Shown one piece after another: positions 50,915 through 63,334 of a stretch of DNA of 64,000 nucleotides; position 1 is the first letter of the stretch, and each line of letters starts with the position of its first letter. The position numbers and the translations under genes were made by a program. The stretch is from Heterodontus francisci (taxonomy: Eukaryota): contig NC_090373.1 in the NCBI RefSeq assembly GCF_036365525.1, forward strand, positions 52,543,339 to 52,607,338, in the 5' to 3' direction. Under the pieces are notes generated by a model. That model worked only from the letters and a program-made list of their open reading frames with translations. It did no database searches and had not been told where the DNA came from.

Positions 50915-52990
50915 CAGGTGTAATTTTATATGCAAATAGTAGGAAGGTGCAGATTTGCAAGGAATTACTGAGAGGTACATCAACTATAGAATAGTGATCA
51001 TGGGAAACTTTAAAATACTCCAATATTGAATGGATCAGTGATTTTGTTAAAGGTCAGAGAGGAGGAGAAGGCATTTCTGAAGTGTGTTCAGAGCAGAACC
51101 TTCTTGACCAGTACGTTTCCTGTCCAATGAGGAAGGAGGCATTTCTATATCTAGTCCTGGGGAATGAAGTGGATCACGTGGACAATTGTCACAGTCGGGA
51201 AGCATCTCGGGGATAGTGATCTTAACATCATAAGGTTTAGATTAGTTATGGAGAAGGACAAGGAGCAATCTAGATAAATACTTAATTTGAGCAGGGCTAA
51301 TTTCAGCAAACTGAGGAGAAAACTGGCCTCAGTAAATTGGAGTCAAAGACTGGCAAGCAGAAATACAATGGTGAACGGGCAGCCTTAACAGATTGCTCGG
51401 CTACAGTCTAGGTACATTCTCACAAAGGGTAAAGGGACAGGAACCAAAGCCAAACTTCAATTAGCGATGAAGGAGTTTAGAGAGTAGAGTGAAGCAAGAA
51501 AAGTGGGCACATCACAGATGTCAGCTTGATAATATAAGAGAGAATCAGGCTGAATACAAAAAGCATAGAGGAAAGATTGAAAAAGAAAATGAGGGGAAAA
51601 GCAGTGTGAAAATAGATTTGCGTTTTCTCTAAACATATGAACAGTAAAAGCGCTGAGGGTAATTAGAGATCAAAATGTAGATCTATTGATGGAGGCAGAA
51701 TGCATGGCTGACGTACTAAATGAGTATGCACTGGTGTTCACCAAGGAAAGAGGACTTTGCTACAGCTATGGTAAACAAAGAGATTGTCAGGATACTGGAT
51801 AAGATAAAAAATAGATGAAGAGGAGGAACTAGAAAGGGCGGCAGTACTTAAAGGTGGACAAATCACTTTGTCCAGATGGGATGCATCCTACAATACAGAG
51901 GAAGGTAAGAAATTATGGAGAAGTTACTGAAGAAAGTCACAGACCTGAAACGTTAACTCTGCTTTTCTCTCCACAGATGCTGCCTGACCTGCTGAGTATT
52001 TCTAGCATTTTCTGTTTAGGTTTCAGATTTCTAGCATCTGCAGTATTTTACTTTTGAGTTGTGGTGAATGGCTGTTTTCCAGACTGGAGGGAGGTATGCA
52101 ATGATGTTCCCCAGGGTTCAGTACCAAGACAACTGTTGTTTATGATGTACATTAATGACTTGGGCTTGGGGGGGTGCAGGATACAATTTCAAAATTTGCT
52201 GGTTACATAAACTTGGAAATGTAGTAAACAGTGAGGAAGATAGTAATGGCGTTCAAGAGGACATGGACAAGCTGATCAAATAAGCATATACATGGCAGAT
52301 GAAAAGTGAGAGATGATACATTTTGGTAGAAAGAACAAGAGGCAATACAAGCTACATCTTTCAATTTTAAAGGGGGTGCAAGAACAGAGACACCTGGGTG
52401 TGTTTGTGCACAAATCTTTGAAAGTTGCAAGGACAGGTCAACAAAGCAGTTAATAAAACATACGAGTACAAAAGTCAGGAAGTTATGCCAAATGTACATA
52501 AAAAAATAGATTGACCTTAGCTGTCGTATTGTGTCCAATTCTGGGCACCACACTTCAGGAAGGAAATGATTGCTTTGGAGAAGGTACAGAAGAGATTTAT
52601 TACAATGGTTTTTTTGTGGCTGAACGGTTGCAGTTACATAGATAGGTAGGAGAGGCTGGAGATGTTCTCCTTAGAGCAGTGAAGGCTAACAGGAGAATTG
52701 ATAGAGGTGTTTAAAATCATGAATTAGAAAGAGTAAATAAAGAGAACCTGTTTCCAGTGGCTGAAGAGTTGATAGCGAGATGGCACAGATTTAAGGTGAT
52801 TGGCAAAATAACCAGAGGCAAGATGGGAAAAACTTCTTTACACAAATGATTAGGATTTGGAATGCACTGCCTGATTGGGTGACGGAAACAGATTCAATAG
52901 GGAGCCTTCAAAAAGGAATTGGATGAATATTTGAAGAAAAGAAATTGTCAGAATATGGGGAAAGAGCAGTGGAGTGGGACTAACTGGAGT
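50915..52990 (+). mobile_element. Degenerate CR1 ORF2 with internal deletion, containing a Penelope fragment
   Basis: VIMGNF; LVLGNE; VDKSLCPDGMHP; VPQGS; CVQFWAPH; 3' UTR at ~52950. Confidence 0.85.
51922..52036 (+). mobile_element. Short Penelope pseudo-LTR fragment with hammerhead core
   Basis: CTGAAGA-AAGTC-ACA-GACCT-GAAACGTTAACT, then cagatgctgcctgacctgctgagtattt. Confidence 0.8.
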
Positions 52991-53771
52991 GAGAAAATGA
53001 CTTGTTAAATAGATCAGCCGTGGCTGGTAAAAGATATTTGCGTATTGACAGACGGACCATTCCCGGACACATTCAACCCACAATAGACCTTTATCACCAG
53101 GTATTGTGTGTAAAAGGAACATTCCAGAAACTGCTAAGGTGATACACTCCAGGACTGGTTAGACCAGCTGGTCACATGACTAACTGGCTGCTCCAGGGTC
53201 CTTTAAACAAGCCACAGAGAGTTTTAAAAGAAAGACTGTTTGCTCCTGGACTGATAAGATCTCTCCTGTCTGCTCCCATCTCTTTCTCACAAGCTTCTGA
53301 ATCCAATAAAGACACATGAACTCCAAGAGAGAAAAGTCTCCTACAGCAAACAAGGTTTAAGAAAAATACTGGGCCCCAACAAAAAGCAAAATCTACCTAC
53401 AATCAAGGACTCTACAGTGAACTCGAAGAACCGTAACAATAACTCTTCAGATATTGCCTCAAACTTTTCCACTTGATTTTTCTTCTGCTGTTTTCTATCT
53501 CTATTTGCATGCTAGCCTGGGCGCATCATGTATCCGTAGGCGTCAACTGAATTAGAGTTCAAGTTCAAGTTTAATAAATTTCAAATGTTCTTCTTTAAAC
53601 CTAAGAAAACCTGTTTGTGCTGGTTTCTTTGCCTTATAATTGGAAAGTGGTGAACAAGGATTCACCAAGGGGAAGCAAAAAACAGTGCGTTTAAAATTAA
53701 ACCCAGTTACGGTAAGACCAGGTGAAGGCTGAGATGGACCTCTCGACAACCTTTCTCACCTGGTAGTAACA
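52991..53771 (+). mobile_element. LTR (solo or partial)
   Basis: Ends in ...ctcacctggtagtaaca (LTR-type TAACA); AATAAA at ~53573; 5' boundary and TSD not resolved. Confidence 0.55.
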
Positions 53772-53929
53772 ATATGTGCATATTAGGTTCTTTGCCTTGA
53801 ATATACGAGGGGAATCTCTATCTAATTAAATACTCTAACTATAAAAAGCTTGGCTCAACTATGATTCCTTGCAGGAAAAATATCATATCAACCCCAAATT
53901 GCTGTTAACCTTTTTTCTGGCTTTATCTA

Positions 53930-54460
53930 CCTACAAGTATCTCTTTATTCATCCAGATCTTTTATCTTCTTTCCACTAAGCATAAACTCCCATTCCTTGA
54001 TTTTTTTCCCAAAATGTATTGCTTCACACTCAACCACATTAAATTGCATCTGTTACCTAATTGCCCAATCCACTAACTTATGACTTCCTGAGGTCTTTCA
54101 TAGTCACTGTTTGCCAAGCTCCTATTTTTGTATCATTGGTAAATTTTAAGGATGTGCTCCCTATGCTTAGTTCAAATCATTTGCATATACTGAGAACAAA
54201 AACACTGATCCCTGGTATATAGCATTTCCAAATTTTCTCCAGCTGAGTAACACCCATTTATCCTAACTCTTTGTTTATTGATAACTAGCTTTCTATCCTT
54301 TCTTCTAATTATTCACTTAAACCATATCCCTGAATGTTTCCAATAAGTTGCTTGTGAAAAACCTAATAAATTCCTTGTTAATATGCTTATACATTGCACG
54401 GACTATATTCCTTTTATCTAACCAATCCGATCACTTCTTTTCAAAAATCTCAAGGAGGAC
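53930..54460 (-). mobile_element. Very old CR1 RT fragment
   Basis: Residual similarity to the W-M-FNV-KCEVIHFG and KFADD regions (aaaatgtattgcttcacact...ttaaattgcatctg). Confidence 0.55.
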
Positions 54461-54764
54461 ACTTTGGATTTAATTGGCAGTGACAAGAGAGGCAAGTGAA
54501 GCTGGAGCCCTCCCCCATATTCAGAGCTAGTACCATCATTGTTATTTCCTCTCCCCTTATTCACCTACTCACTTTCACATGCACATACACTCAAGCACAA
54601 CACCACAACCCACAGTATATTGATCTGCAAGCATTGTTTGAAGATGTGATTTTCAGCCAGCAGTCTAACATACATTCTCTTCTGTTTCTGTAGGTGTTCC
54701 CAAGAAGGGATAGTTTTTTCGGGAAATAGAAGAAGCTAGTCCTAATAGTATCCTGACTTTTTTT

Positions 54765-55330
54765 TAATTCATTCGTGGGATGTAAGCATCACTGGCTATG
54801 CCAGTATTTATTGCTCATCCCGAATTGCCCTTGAGAAGGTGGTGGTCAGCTGCCTTCTTGAATCGCTGCAGTCCATGTGAGGTAGGTATACCCACAGTGC
54901 TGTTAGAAGGAGTTCCAGGGTTTTGACCCAGTGACAGTGAAGGAACGGCGATATAGTTCCAGGTCAGGATGGTGTGTGACTTGGAGGGGAACTTGCAGGT
55001 GGTGATGTTCCCATGCATCTGCTGCTCTCGTCCTTCAAGGTGGTAGAGGTCGCGGGTTTGGAAGGTGCTGTCTAAGGAGCCTTGGTGCATTGCTGCAGTG
55101 CATCTTGTAGATGGTACACACTGCTGCCACTGTGTGTCGGTGGTGGAGGGAGTGAATGTTTGTAGATGGTGTGCCAATCAAGCGGGCTGCTTTGTTATGG
55201 ATGGTGTCGAGCTTCTTCAGTGTTGTTGGAGCTGCACCCATTCAGGCAAGTGGAGAGTATTCCATCACACTCCTGACTTGTGCCTTGTAGATGGTGGACA
55301 GGCTTTGGGGAGTCAGGAGATGACTACCAG
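54765..55330 (-). mobile_element. LINE family B 3' end
   Basis: MGAAPTTLKKLDTIHNKAARLIG...LHHRHTVAAVCTIYKMH; same tail as the copy ending near 40900. Confidence 0.9.
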
Positions 55331-56079
55331 GTGACTACTTAATCTACCAGCAGAGACATACTTACCCCAAGGGGGTTAGATACTTAGCTTCAGGAGGGAG
55401 CAGTGAGTGAATCAGAGCACCATTGAAGAGGAGTATGTGGTGGTAGCAATGAAAGAGCAGAAATTCACTGACTGGAGGGCCAACTTGTTCTCTTCCTTAG
55501 CTACAGAGCACTGGGACACTGAACTCATGGAGCCTACATATAACAGGTTGTTTTGTGAACATGATAATCTTCTGGAAGCATCTCATATAATACACAGCAA
55601 TTTCCAATAGCTGGCAGTGACTGTGCAAGAATCCACTGTCTACATCTGGGCACCGTGCATGTTTGTCTTAATTTGGAACTGAAGTCCACCTTGCAGAGCT
55701 GAGCCCAGTGACAGATCTCTTCCAAACATTGGGCATATCTTTCATGAATGCTCATACAGATGCTCTGAATGCCTTGGGATCAAATCAACAGTAGGCTCAA
55801 CCTGCTGAGGGAACCTGATGAAGCAGAGCATCAATCAAGCTTTCATTGCCATCTTAGCTATGCAGAGGTCTATTCCCATACAAATCACTGGACATACTGA
55901 GAGAGTGCTCAGCACTAAGTATGGATGAGGTTCCTTTATTTCTTGGTGATGCAGTAACCAGGCCATTTAGCTTCCTCCATCTAAACTGTACCAGAAAATG
56001 AACAGCATCTGTCCAGCAAACCACAGATGTCTATTTTCTCCTGTTCACAATATCCTGCATTGTGTCAAATTACTATGCG

Positions 56080-56515
56080 TCAGCTTACCTCAATTTGTAG
56101 CACACTTCCCTGTGAGTCAGAAGGTTGTGGGTTCAAGCCCATCAAAGACTGGACAGATAAGCTCAGCTGCCACCCAAGCACAGTATTGATTGTGTATTAC
56201 ATTGTCTGATGTGCTGCCTTTTAGGTAAGACATGAAACTAGGACCCTGTCTGGCTGCCAAGGTGGAATTCTCATGGTACTATTTGAAGAACGGCTTTAGT
56301 TCTCCCAGTGCGCTGACCAACATTACTCCATTAACCAACACCATCAAAAAACAGATTTTCCGGTTGCTCATTCATTGTGGCATCTAACTGTGTGTAAATT
56401 GATTGCATGTTTTCCTACATTCCAACTGTGACTGCCCTTCAAAAGTAATGCAATAGTTACAAAATGCTTCAGGATGTCCCGAGAATATGAAAAACATTAT
56501 ATAAGTTATTTCTTT
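56080..56515 (+). mobile_element. Deu-domain tRNA-SINE, old and unsplit
   Basis: B box gggttcaagccc; body collinear with the pieces at 13299, 17667 and 17992; ctgtgtgtaaattgattgc core. Confidence 0.75.
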
Positions 56516-56920
56516 AACACTGCAACACCATAACTTTACACATCATAGTGAAAAGGAGAGTAAGTGTTTTTGGATAACTAACACTCAACTTTCAAGAAAT
56601 ATTTTCGACTGGAATAACATGAAATTTTTGATTTAATAAAGAAGCTTATATTTGTTAAGTCAGCAGCTTGGGGAGATTATTGTTGTTTTTTGCTTATAGT
56701 GATATCATAATATATGCAAAATGAAAACACATACCATTTATGAAATAGTGCACAGCAGAAATCCTCCCCCAAAGTTAATTTATAGGAAATTAATGAAAAA
56801 CATTTGCAGATATTTGGGATAATCTTATGGTCAGATGAAAACAATGTAGAGGTTAATATGAAATGGACTTGAACTATGATTTCCTTTCTGTACAAGTCAA
56901 AAAATGTTCAAAGAACTCAC

Positions 56921-57074
56921 CTTTTATTGATGAATCACTGTAGAGGCTTGAGTCATCGTCCTCATCCACACTATGTGCTCTGCACTTCGAAGCCATTATA
57001 ATGGAGTCACATTCTATACCGCAAGGCTGGATCTTAGCATGGAAGTGGCTTGTGTGCTTCTGTGTTTGTGTTTC
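56921..57074 (-). CDS. Probable exon (154 bp) of an unidentified host gene
   Basis: Acceptor tttttctcccacag|G and donor AAG|GTGAGT; open frame ETQTQKHTSHFHAKIQPCGIECDSIIMASKCRAHSVDEDDDSSLYSDSSIK; non-repeat, AT-rich flanks. Confidence 0.65.
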
Positions 57075-57121
57075 CTGTGGGAGAAAAACTATTAATATAT
57101 ATCCAATGGGATTTCACACCT

Positions 57122-58116
57122 AAAATAAAAGCAAAATACTGCAGTTGCTGGAAATCTGAAATGAAAACAATGTGCTAGAAATACTCAGCAGGTCTGGCAG
57201 CATCAGTGGAAAAAGCAGAGTTAACGTTTCAGATCTGTGACCTTTCATCAGAACTGGCAAAGGTTTAAAAGAATAAGGTTTTAAGCAAGTGAAGGGGATG
57301 GGGCGGCGGTGGGGGGGCGGGGGGGGAATGCTGGGGAAGAGCATAAAAGGGGAAGGTGTGTGATAGGACAGAGGTCAGGAGAGATTAAATTACAAAGCTG
57401 TCCTGGGACAAAGGCAAAAAGTGTTTTAATGCTTGTGGTGAAAGACAAAGCATTGGTCCAGAGAGTGTTAATAGAGGAAGAATGAGCAGCTTTGTCTACA
57501 TGAAAAAGAGGCACATGGTTAAAAAATGTAAAAAAAATTTTAAAAGGCCAGTCATGCTTTGAAGTTAGTGAACTCAATGTTCAGTCTGCAAGGCTGTAGG
57601 GTGCCTAATTGAAAGATCATGTGCTGCTCCTAGAGCTTGTGTTGATGTTTATTGGAACACTGGAGCAGGCCAAAGACAGAAATGTTGGCCTGGAGGGGGG
57701 TGTTGAAATGGCAAGCGACCAGAAGCTCGGGGTCATGCTTTTGGACTGAGCAGAGGTGTCCAGCAAAGCGGTCACCCAATCTGCATTTGGTCTCCCCAGT
57801 AGAGCGGCCACCACACTGTGAGCAGCGAATACAGTATACTAAATTGAAGGAAGTACAAGTAAATTGCTGCTTCACCTGGAAGGAGTGTTTGGGGCCTTGG
57901 ATGACCTCTCCTGCACTCTGCTCTATCACACACCTCCCCTTTTGTTCTCTTCCCTCCCCCCGCCCCCCCAACGCTCTTCACTTGCTTCAAACCTTATTCT
58001 TTTCTAACCTTTACCAGTTTTGATGAAAGGTCACAGACCTGAAATGCTAACTCTACTTCTCTCTCCACAGATGCTGCCAGACCTGCTGAGTATTTCCAGC
58101 ACTTTCTGTTTTTATC
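57122..58116 (-). mobile_element. Penelope-like element: GIY-YIG end + pseudo-LTR (-) joined to an inverted partial pseudo-LTR (+, ~57906-58116)
   Basis: ORF 57630..57971 FTCTSFNLVYCIRCSQCGGRSTGETKCRLGDRFAGH (GIY-YIG with CxxC); perfect 15-bp TSD tgggatttcacacct at 57107-57121 and 58117-58131. Confidence 0.92.
57219..57255 (-). ncRNA. Minimal type I hammerhead ribozyme motif, core intact
   Basis: Minus strand reads AGTT-CTGATGA-A-AGGTC-ACA-GATCT-GAAAC-GTT-AACT: stem I AGTT/AACT, 5-bp stem II, palindromic AACGTT in place of stem III. Confidence 0.75.
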
Positions 58117-59144
58117 TGGGATTTCACACCTGCTGGTCTTCCAATATGTCTCCTCCTGGTTTCTGGAAGATTTAGGAGAAAAATTTGACAGCCCCCAAAA
58201 TCAGGAGCGGGGATCGCAATGCGCAATTAACCCACGCCTGTTCAAAGTGATGCAGGCAGCACACAAACTTTAATTATAATGATTAAGGTCCACAGCCCAG
58301 TGCCGAACATGCTGTTGAGTAGCTGCACACATCAGCAGGGGACCCAAGTTCATGTGAGGCTAACACCACTTAAAGCTAACCTGCACTACTTAAATCCAAA
58401 CAGCCCTTCTTAAAGAGGTGGTGCATTCTGGCTGTACCAGGGGTAGGAACTAGTTATAGAAGAGTTGAAGACCAGCAAACATCCACAGAAATGGGGCCGC
58501 AGGCTAGTGAACCCGCTCCAAGGTTCCTGGGTGCCACACTGGAGGCCTTGGCGCAGGAGGAGAGAGGTAATCTTTCCACAGGGGACCAGGAAGCCCTTCA
58601 GACAGATACTGAGAAGGCAGTGGAAGCAGGCAGCCATTGTGGTCAATGCCAGCAGTCTAGCCTCAAGGACCTGGATGCATTGCCGAAAGAAGTTGAATGG
58701 CCTCACATGAGTGGTCAAGGTCGGTGAATGCATCTTCACATGTCATATCCTACCATCACCACTAGCCTCGCATACTGCTCCATTCACCACAGCCTCATCA
58801 CTCACCTACCAACAATCCCCATCAACCACGACTTACACCTCAAGTTCATAACCTCACCACCCTCACACACTTAGCACTGCTGCAGATCTCAGACCCATAT
58901 CTCACATCTTGCACACAATGCCAACTATTCAAATGTGGCAGACACATCACCCAAACACACGGCACCACACTCACCGGCACACTTCCCTCTTTCTTGCAGG
59001 ACAAGGTGGACCATAATCAGAGGCACCAGCAGCTAACTGGCAGGAGAAAGCATAGCTACATACCCTCATCCCCATGGAGGAGACGGTGTTAGAAATAATT
59101 GGAACAGCCATCACTGAGACAGTAACCAGCAACAGGGCTGAAAC

Positions 59145-59415
59145 TAAAGGCCTGCTACCCGACCCTACCCCGACTGGACCCGACAACGTGTCGGGGTCGG
59201 GTCGCACTTCTGGGTCGGGATACGAGCTCGGGTCGGATCGGACATGCTCTATCGTCACCTCAGGTAAGTGACTCGAATGTTAATTTACTTTTTGGATTTT
59301 AAAGGTGGTTTTATTAGTTATTTTAAGCTTGTGCAGGTAAGAAAAAGTGAAAAACGGAAGCTAAGTTAACTGATGGTCGGGTTGGGTCGCATTTGCAGAC
59401 TCGGGCAGGCCTTTA
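59145..59415. mobile_element. hAT-type MITE (271 bp)
   Basis: Perfect TIRs taaaggcctgc / gcaggccttta; perfect 8-bp TSD gctgaaac (59137-59144, 59416-59423); many cccga/tcggg subterminal motifs. Confidence 0.92.
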
Positions 59416-60615
59416 GCTGAAACCATCGAGGATGACAGTATGTTCCTGCCTAATCCACTTTCTCAGAGCCCACTTCACCCTCATCCCACAATCTGTTATG
59501 ATTTACAATCTGCAGGTGGTGTAAACATGCACCTCTTGCTTCACCACTCACTTCCCTCACCCATACCCTCCCCTTGTTCCTTTATGATTTCAGACACTCA
59601 AGAACTGCCACCTTGTCAGGCAATGGTGTGGGAGGCTGAAGGCTTAGAAGAAGAGACTAATAAGCAAGAAACACCACTCAATTTGATGCTCGAAACCAAC
59701 AGCTCAGATTTGGCACTGCGTGAACTACAGACAGTCGTATAAAGGCAGGATCTGCATGTGGCACGTGGTGAGTCATCGGACAGGAGTGGCCTGTAGCCAG
59801 GGCAGGAAACAAGGACTGCGTGGGTGCCAGTTCCTCTGAGTTCTATTACAGTTGGCTCAGGTGAGGACTTCAATGGGGCGGCGTACAGAAAAAGGCTGAT
59901 GGGCATACATACAGAAATGTTTGGTGCATTGGCAGGTCTGCCAGTAAGCCTGCAGTCACTGTCAAGGAGCATGGAGGAGTCTGGCTCCAGCTTGGCACAA
60001 AGCTTCATGCAGAGCTTGGAGCCCATCCCTTCCAGCATAGAAATGGTGGCCAATTCCATGAGAGTACTTGCAGACCCAACCTTGATGTAGTACTTGATGG
60101 CTGATGTTTTAGATTCCATTGCAGCACAAGCAGAAGCCACCCAAAGTTGAGAGCTGTGATGGAAGCCCAGACTGAGGTCATAAAATCTCAGCTTGGTGCC
60201 ATGCAGGCTCAGATTGCTGGTATCACTGCTATGGATACCGGCACAAAAAATGTTTTGAGGGTCTCTCAGCAGTTCAGCAACAGATTACAAGAATTGCTGA
60301 GGCGCCAACTCGGGGGGGGGTGGGTGGTGGTTGGCAGTGACTCCCTGGTGCACGAGCCTGCTATCCTCGCTCAAGATGACAGCATTCGTGCTCCCACCAC
60401 TTCCACTTTACCAGTGCCCTTGCTGTTGCCTCTCAGCCAGCCCAGATTGCTGCTGACCATGGCGAGGTGGTACAATCTGAAGCTGGGCCTTCTAGGCCCA
60501 GACCTGCTCAAGGGCGTCCTGTAAAGCCACCTGCAGTCTCCCCACCGAAAGACAACAGCCGTCCACCAACCATGCTGCTGCCACTGGGGTAACAATGTGT
60601 AGGAACACTAGGCCA

Positions 60616-62375
60616 TTAAGACATTCAGAGCAAGAGGATAACTAAAGAAAGGGTAGTGCCTATCAGAGATGTACAAGGGAACTTATGTGTGGATGCAGAA
60701 GATGTGGGCAGGATTCTTAATGAGTCTTTTGTCTCTGTCTTCACAAAGGAGAAGGATAATGCAGACAATAGTAGTAAAAGTGGTGTGTGAAATATTAGAT
60801 ACGATAAGCATAATGAGAGAGGAAGTACTAGAGGGTCTGACATCCTTGAAAGTGGATAAATCACCAGGGCCGGATGGATTGCATCCCAGGTTGCCAAAGG
60901 AAGCCAGAGATGAAAGAGCGGTTGCGCTGAGGATCTTCAAATCCTCACTGGATACGGGCAAAGTGCCAGAGGATTGGAGGTCTGTGAACAGCGTGCCATT
61001 GTTTAAAAAGGGTGCGAGGGATAGGCCAAATAAATTATAGGCTGGTCAGTCTGACCTCGATGGAGGGTAAATTATTGGAATCAATTCTGAAAGACAGGAT
61101 AAACAGCCACTTAGAAAGGCATGGATTAATCAGGGATAGTCAGCATAGATTTGTTAAGGAAAGGTCATGTCTTACTAAGATGATTGAGTTTTTTTGAGGC
61201 AGTAACAAGGAGGATTGATGAGGGTAGTGCAGTGGATGTGGTCGATATGGATTTTAGTAAGGCATCTGACAAGGCCCACATGGCAGACTGATCAGAAAAA
61301 TGAAAGTCCATGGGATACAGGGGAATGTGACAGGTTAGATCCAGAATTGGCTCAGTGACAGGAAACAAAAGGTAGTAGTAGACAGATGATTTTGCAAATG
61401 GAAAACGGTTTCCACAGCCCAACACAGGGCTTAGTGTTGGGTCCCATGCTGTTTGTGGTATAAATTAATTATTTGGACTTAATTGTGGGAGACATGATTG
61501 GTAAATTTGCTGATGACACAGAAATTTGCCATGTAGTTGATAGTGAAGGGGATATCAATGGTTTGGTTGAGAGGGTGGAAAAGTGGCAAATGAAATTCAA
61601 TCCAGTGAAGGGTAAGGTAATGCATTTGGGGAGGGAAAGTGAGGGAATACAGAATAAACGGAAGGATATTGAGAGGGGTAGAAGAAGTGAGAGACCTTGG
61701 AACGCATGTCCACAGGTCCCTGAGGTGGCAAAACAGGTAGAGTTGTGAAGAAAGCATATGAAATACATTCCTTTATTGGCCGAGGTATGGAATACAAACG
61801 CAAGGATATAATGCTGAAACTGTATAAAATGCTGGTTAGGCCACAGCTGGGGTATTGCGTACAGTTCTGGTCACCACATTACAGGAAAGTCATAATTGCT
61901 CTGGAGAGAGTACAGAGGAGATTTACAAGAATGTTGCCAGGGCTTGAAAGTTGCAGCTATGAGGAAAGATTGGATAAGCTAGGGTTGTTTTCCTTAGAAC
62001 AGAGGAGGCTGAGGGGTGACTTAATTGAGGTATAAAAATTATGAGGGGCCTAGATAGAGTAGACAGGAAGGACTTGTTTCCCCTAGCAGGGAGGTCAATT
62101 ACCAGGGGGCACAGATTTAAGGTGATTGGTAGAAGGATTAGCGGGGACATGAGGAAAAGCTTTTTCACCCAGAGTTTGGCGGGTGTCTGGAATTCACTGC
62201 CAGGAATGGTGGTGGAGGCAGAAACCCTCAATTCTTTTAAAAGGTACCTGGACATGCACCTGAAGTGCTGTAACCTGCAAGGTGGGATTAGATTAAGCGG
62301 CTCTTTTTTTCAGCTGGTGCAGACACGATGGGCTGAATTACCTCCATCCGTGCCGTAATTTTTCTATGGTTCAAT
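60616..62375 (+). mobile_element. CR1 LINE 3' half inserted in the Harbinger Myb gene
   Basis: VDKSPGPDGLHPR...VPEDWR; GKFADDTE; [10 protein letters not shown]...[10 protein letters not shown]; TSD ggcca (60611-60615, 62376-62380). Confidence 0.93.
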
Positions 62376-63334
62376 GGCCAGGCAAAGGTGCCCGCAAGAC
62401 AGGCACTAAGGGAATGCACAAGGGTAATTAGTTGAGTTTTGTACGGATCAGTGGATGTTTGGTGCATAAAGTTGGAATAGAATGGCTGTTTTGTGGTGGC
62501 TTTTACTTCAGGTATTTGGCCAAGAGGACACTGATGGTAGATTACAGAGGGAAGGTAAGGTGTGCAACTGTTAGACAATGTGGATGTGGGGTTGCATTCA
62601 GGGGAACCGGAGTCAAATTAGGCAATCAAGGATAGCCTGTCTGGAACATGAATGTGTCGGCTGCCTCCTCCCGTCATCTTCCTCCTCCTGAGTTTGTCAC
62701 TGAATCCATGATGGCAAGGGCTGTGCCCTCATGATTGCCAGGTTGTGAGGAATGCAGCATATCACCACAAATTGGGACACCTGCTCTGGTGAGTACTGGA
62801 GGCCTCCTCCAGAGCGCTCAAGGCAGAGGAACCTTTGCTTCAAGACATCAATTGTCTGCTCAATGATATTTCTCGTAACAGCATGGCTCTCATTATATGA
62901 GTGCTGGCCACATGTGGTTGGGTTGCAGCGGCCAGTCAACAGCCACGTGTCAAGCAGATAGCCCTCATCGGCCAGCAGTCACCCTTGGGTTTGGTGTGGT
63001 GACTGAAAGATTTCTGCAACAGCAGACTGGCACTGAACAAATGCCTCATGACAGCTACCTGTACACTGGGCATTCAACATGATGTGCTGGGCATGGTCAC
63101 ACACCAACTGAATTGAACCAATAGTAACCTTTGAGATGCGCTGCCTGCAAAGCCATATGCGTGCTCTGCCTGGTCTCCTTTGTTCAGAGGAGCATAGTCA
63201 ATTTTGCACCATCCTCACAGGGCTCTGAGGCTGCAGGCCTGGTTCCAAGAGGTGGCAGAGTTCCATGAGCACCTTCTTCTTGAATCACAGGCGCTGAACA
63301 AACTGCTCCTGGCTTAAGAGAAGATAAGGAAAGT

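Larger units (their letters stand above)
58175..63330. mobile_element. Decayed two-gene PIF/Harbinger transposon: spliced Myb/SANT gene (+, from 58491) convergent with transposase (-, ~62650-63330)
   Basis: MGPQASEPAPRFLGATLEALA...RRQWKQAA...SRTWMHCRKKLNGLT; acceptors ttcttgcag (~58999) and gatttcag (~59593); transposase YNESHAVTRNIIEQTIDVLKQRFLCL...CCIPHNLA. Confidence 0.85.

Noticed and set aside
58491-60620. Domesticated MSANTD/NAIF1-like host gene
   Set aside because: It has frameshifts, an in-frame stop, and hAT and CR1 insertions, and lies next to a decayed transposase.
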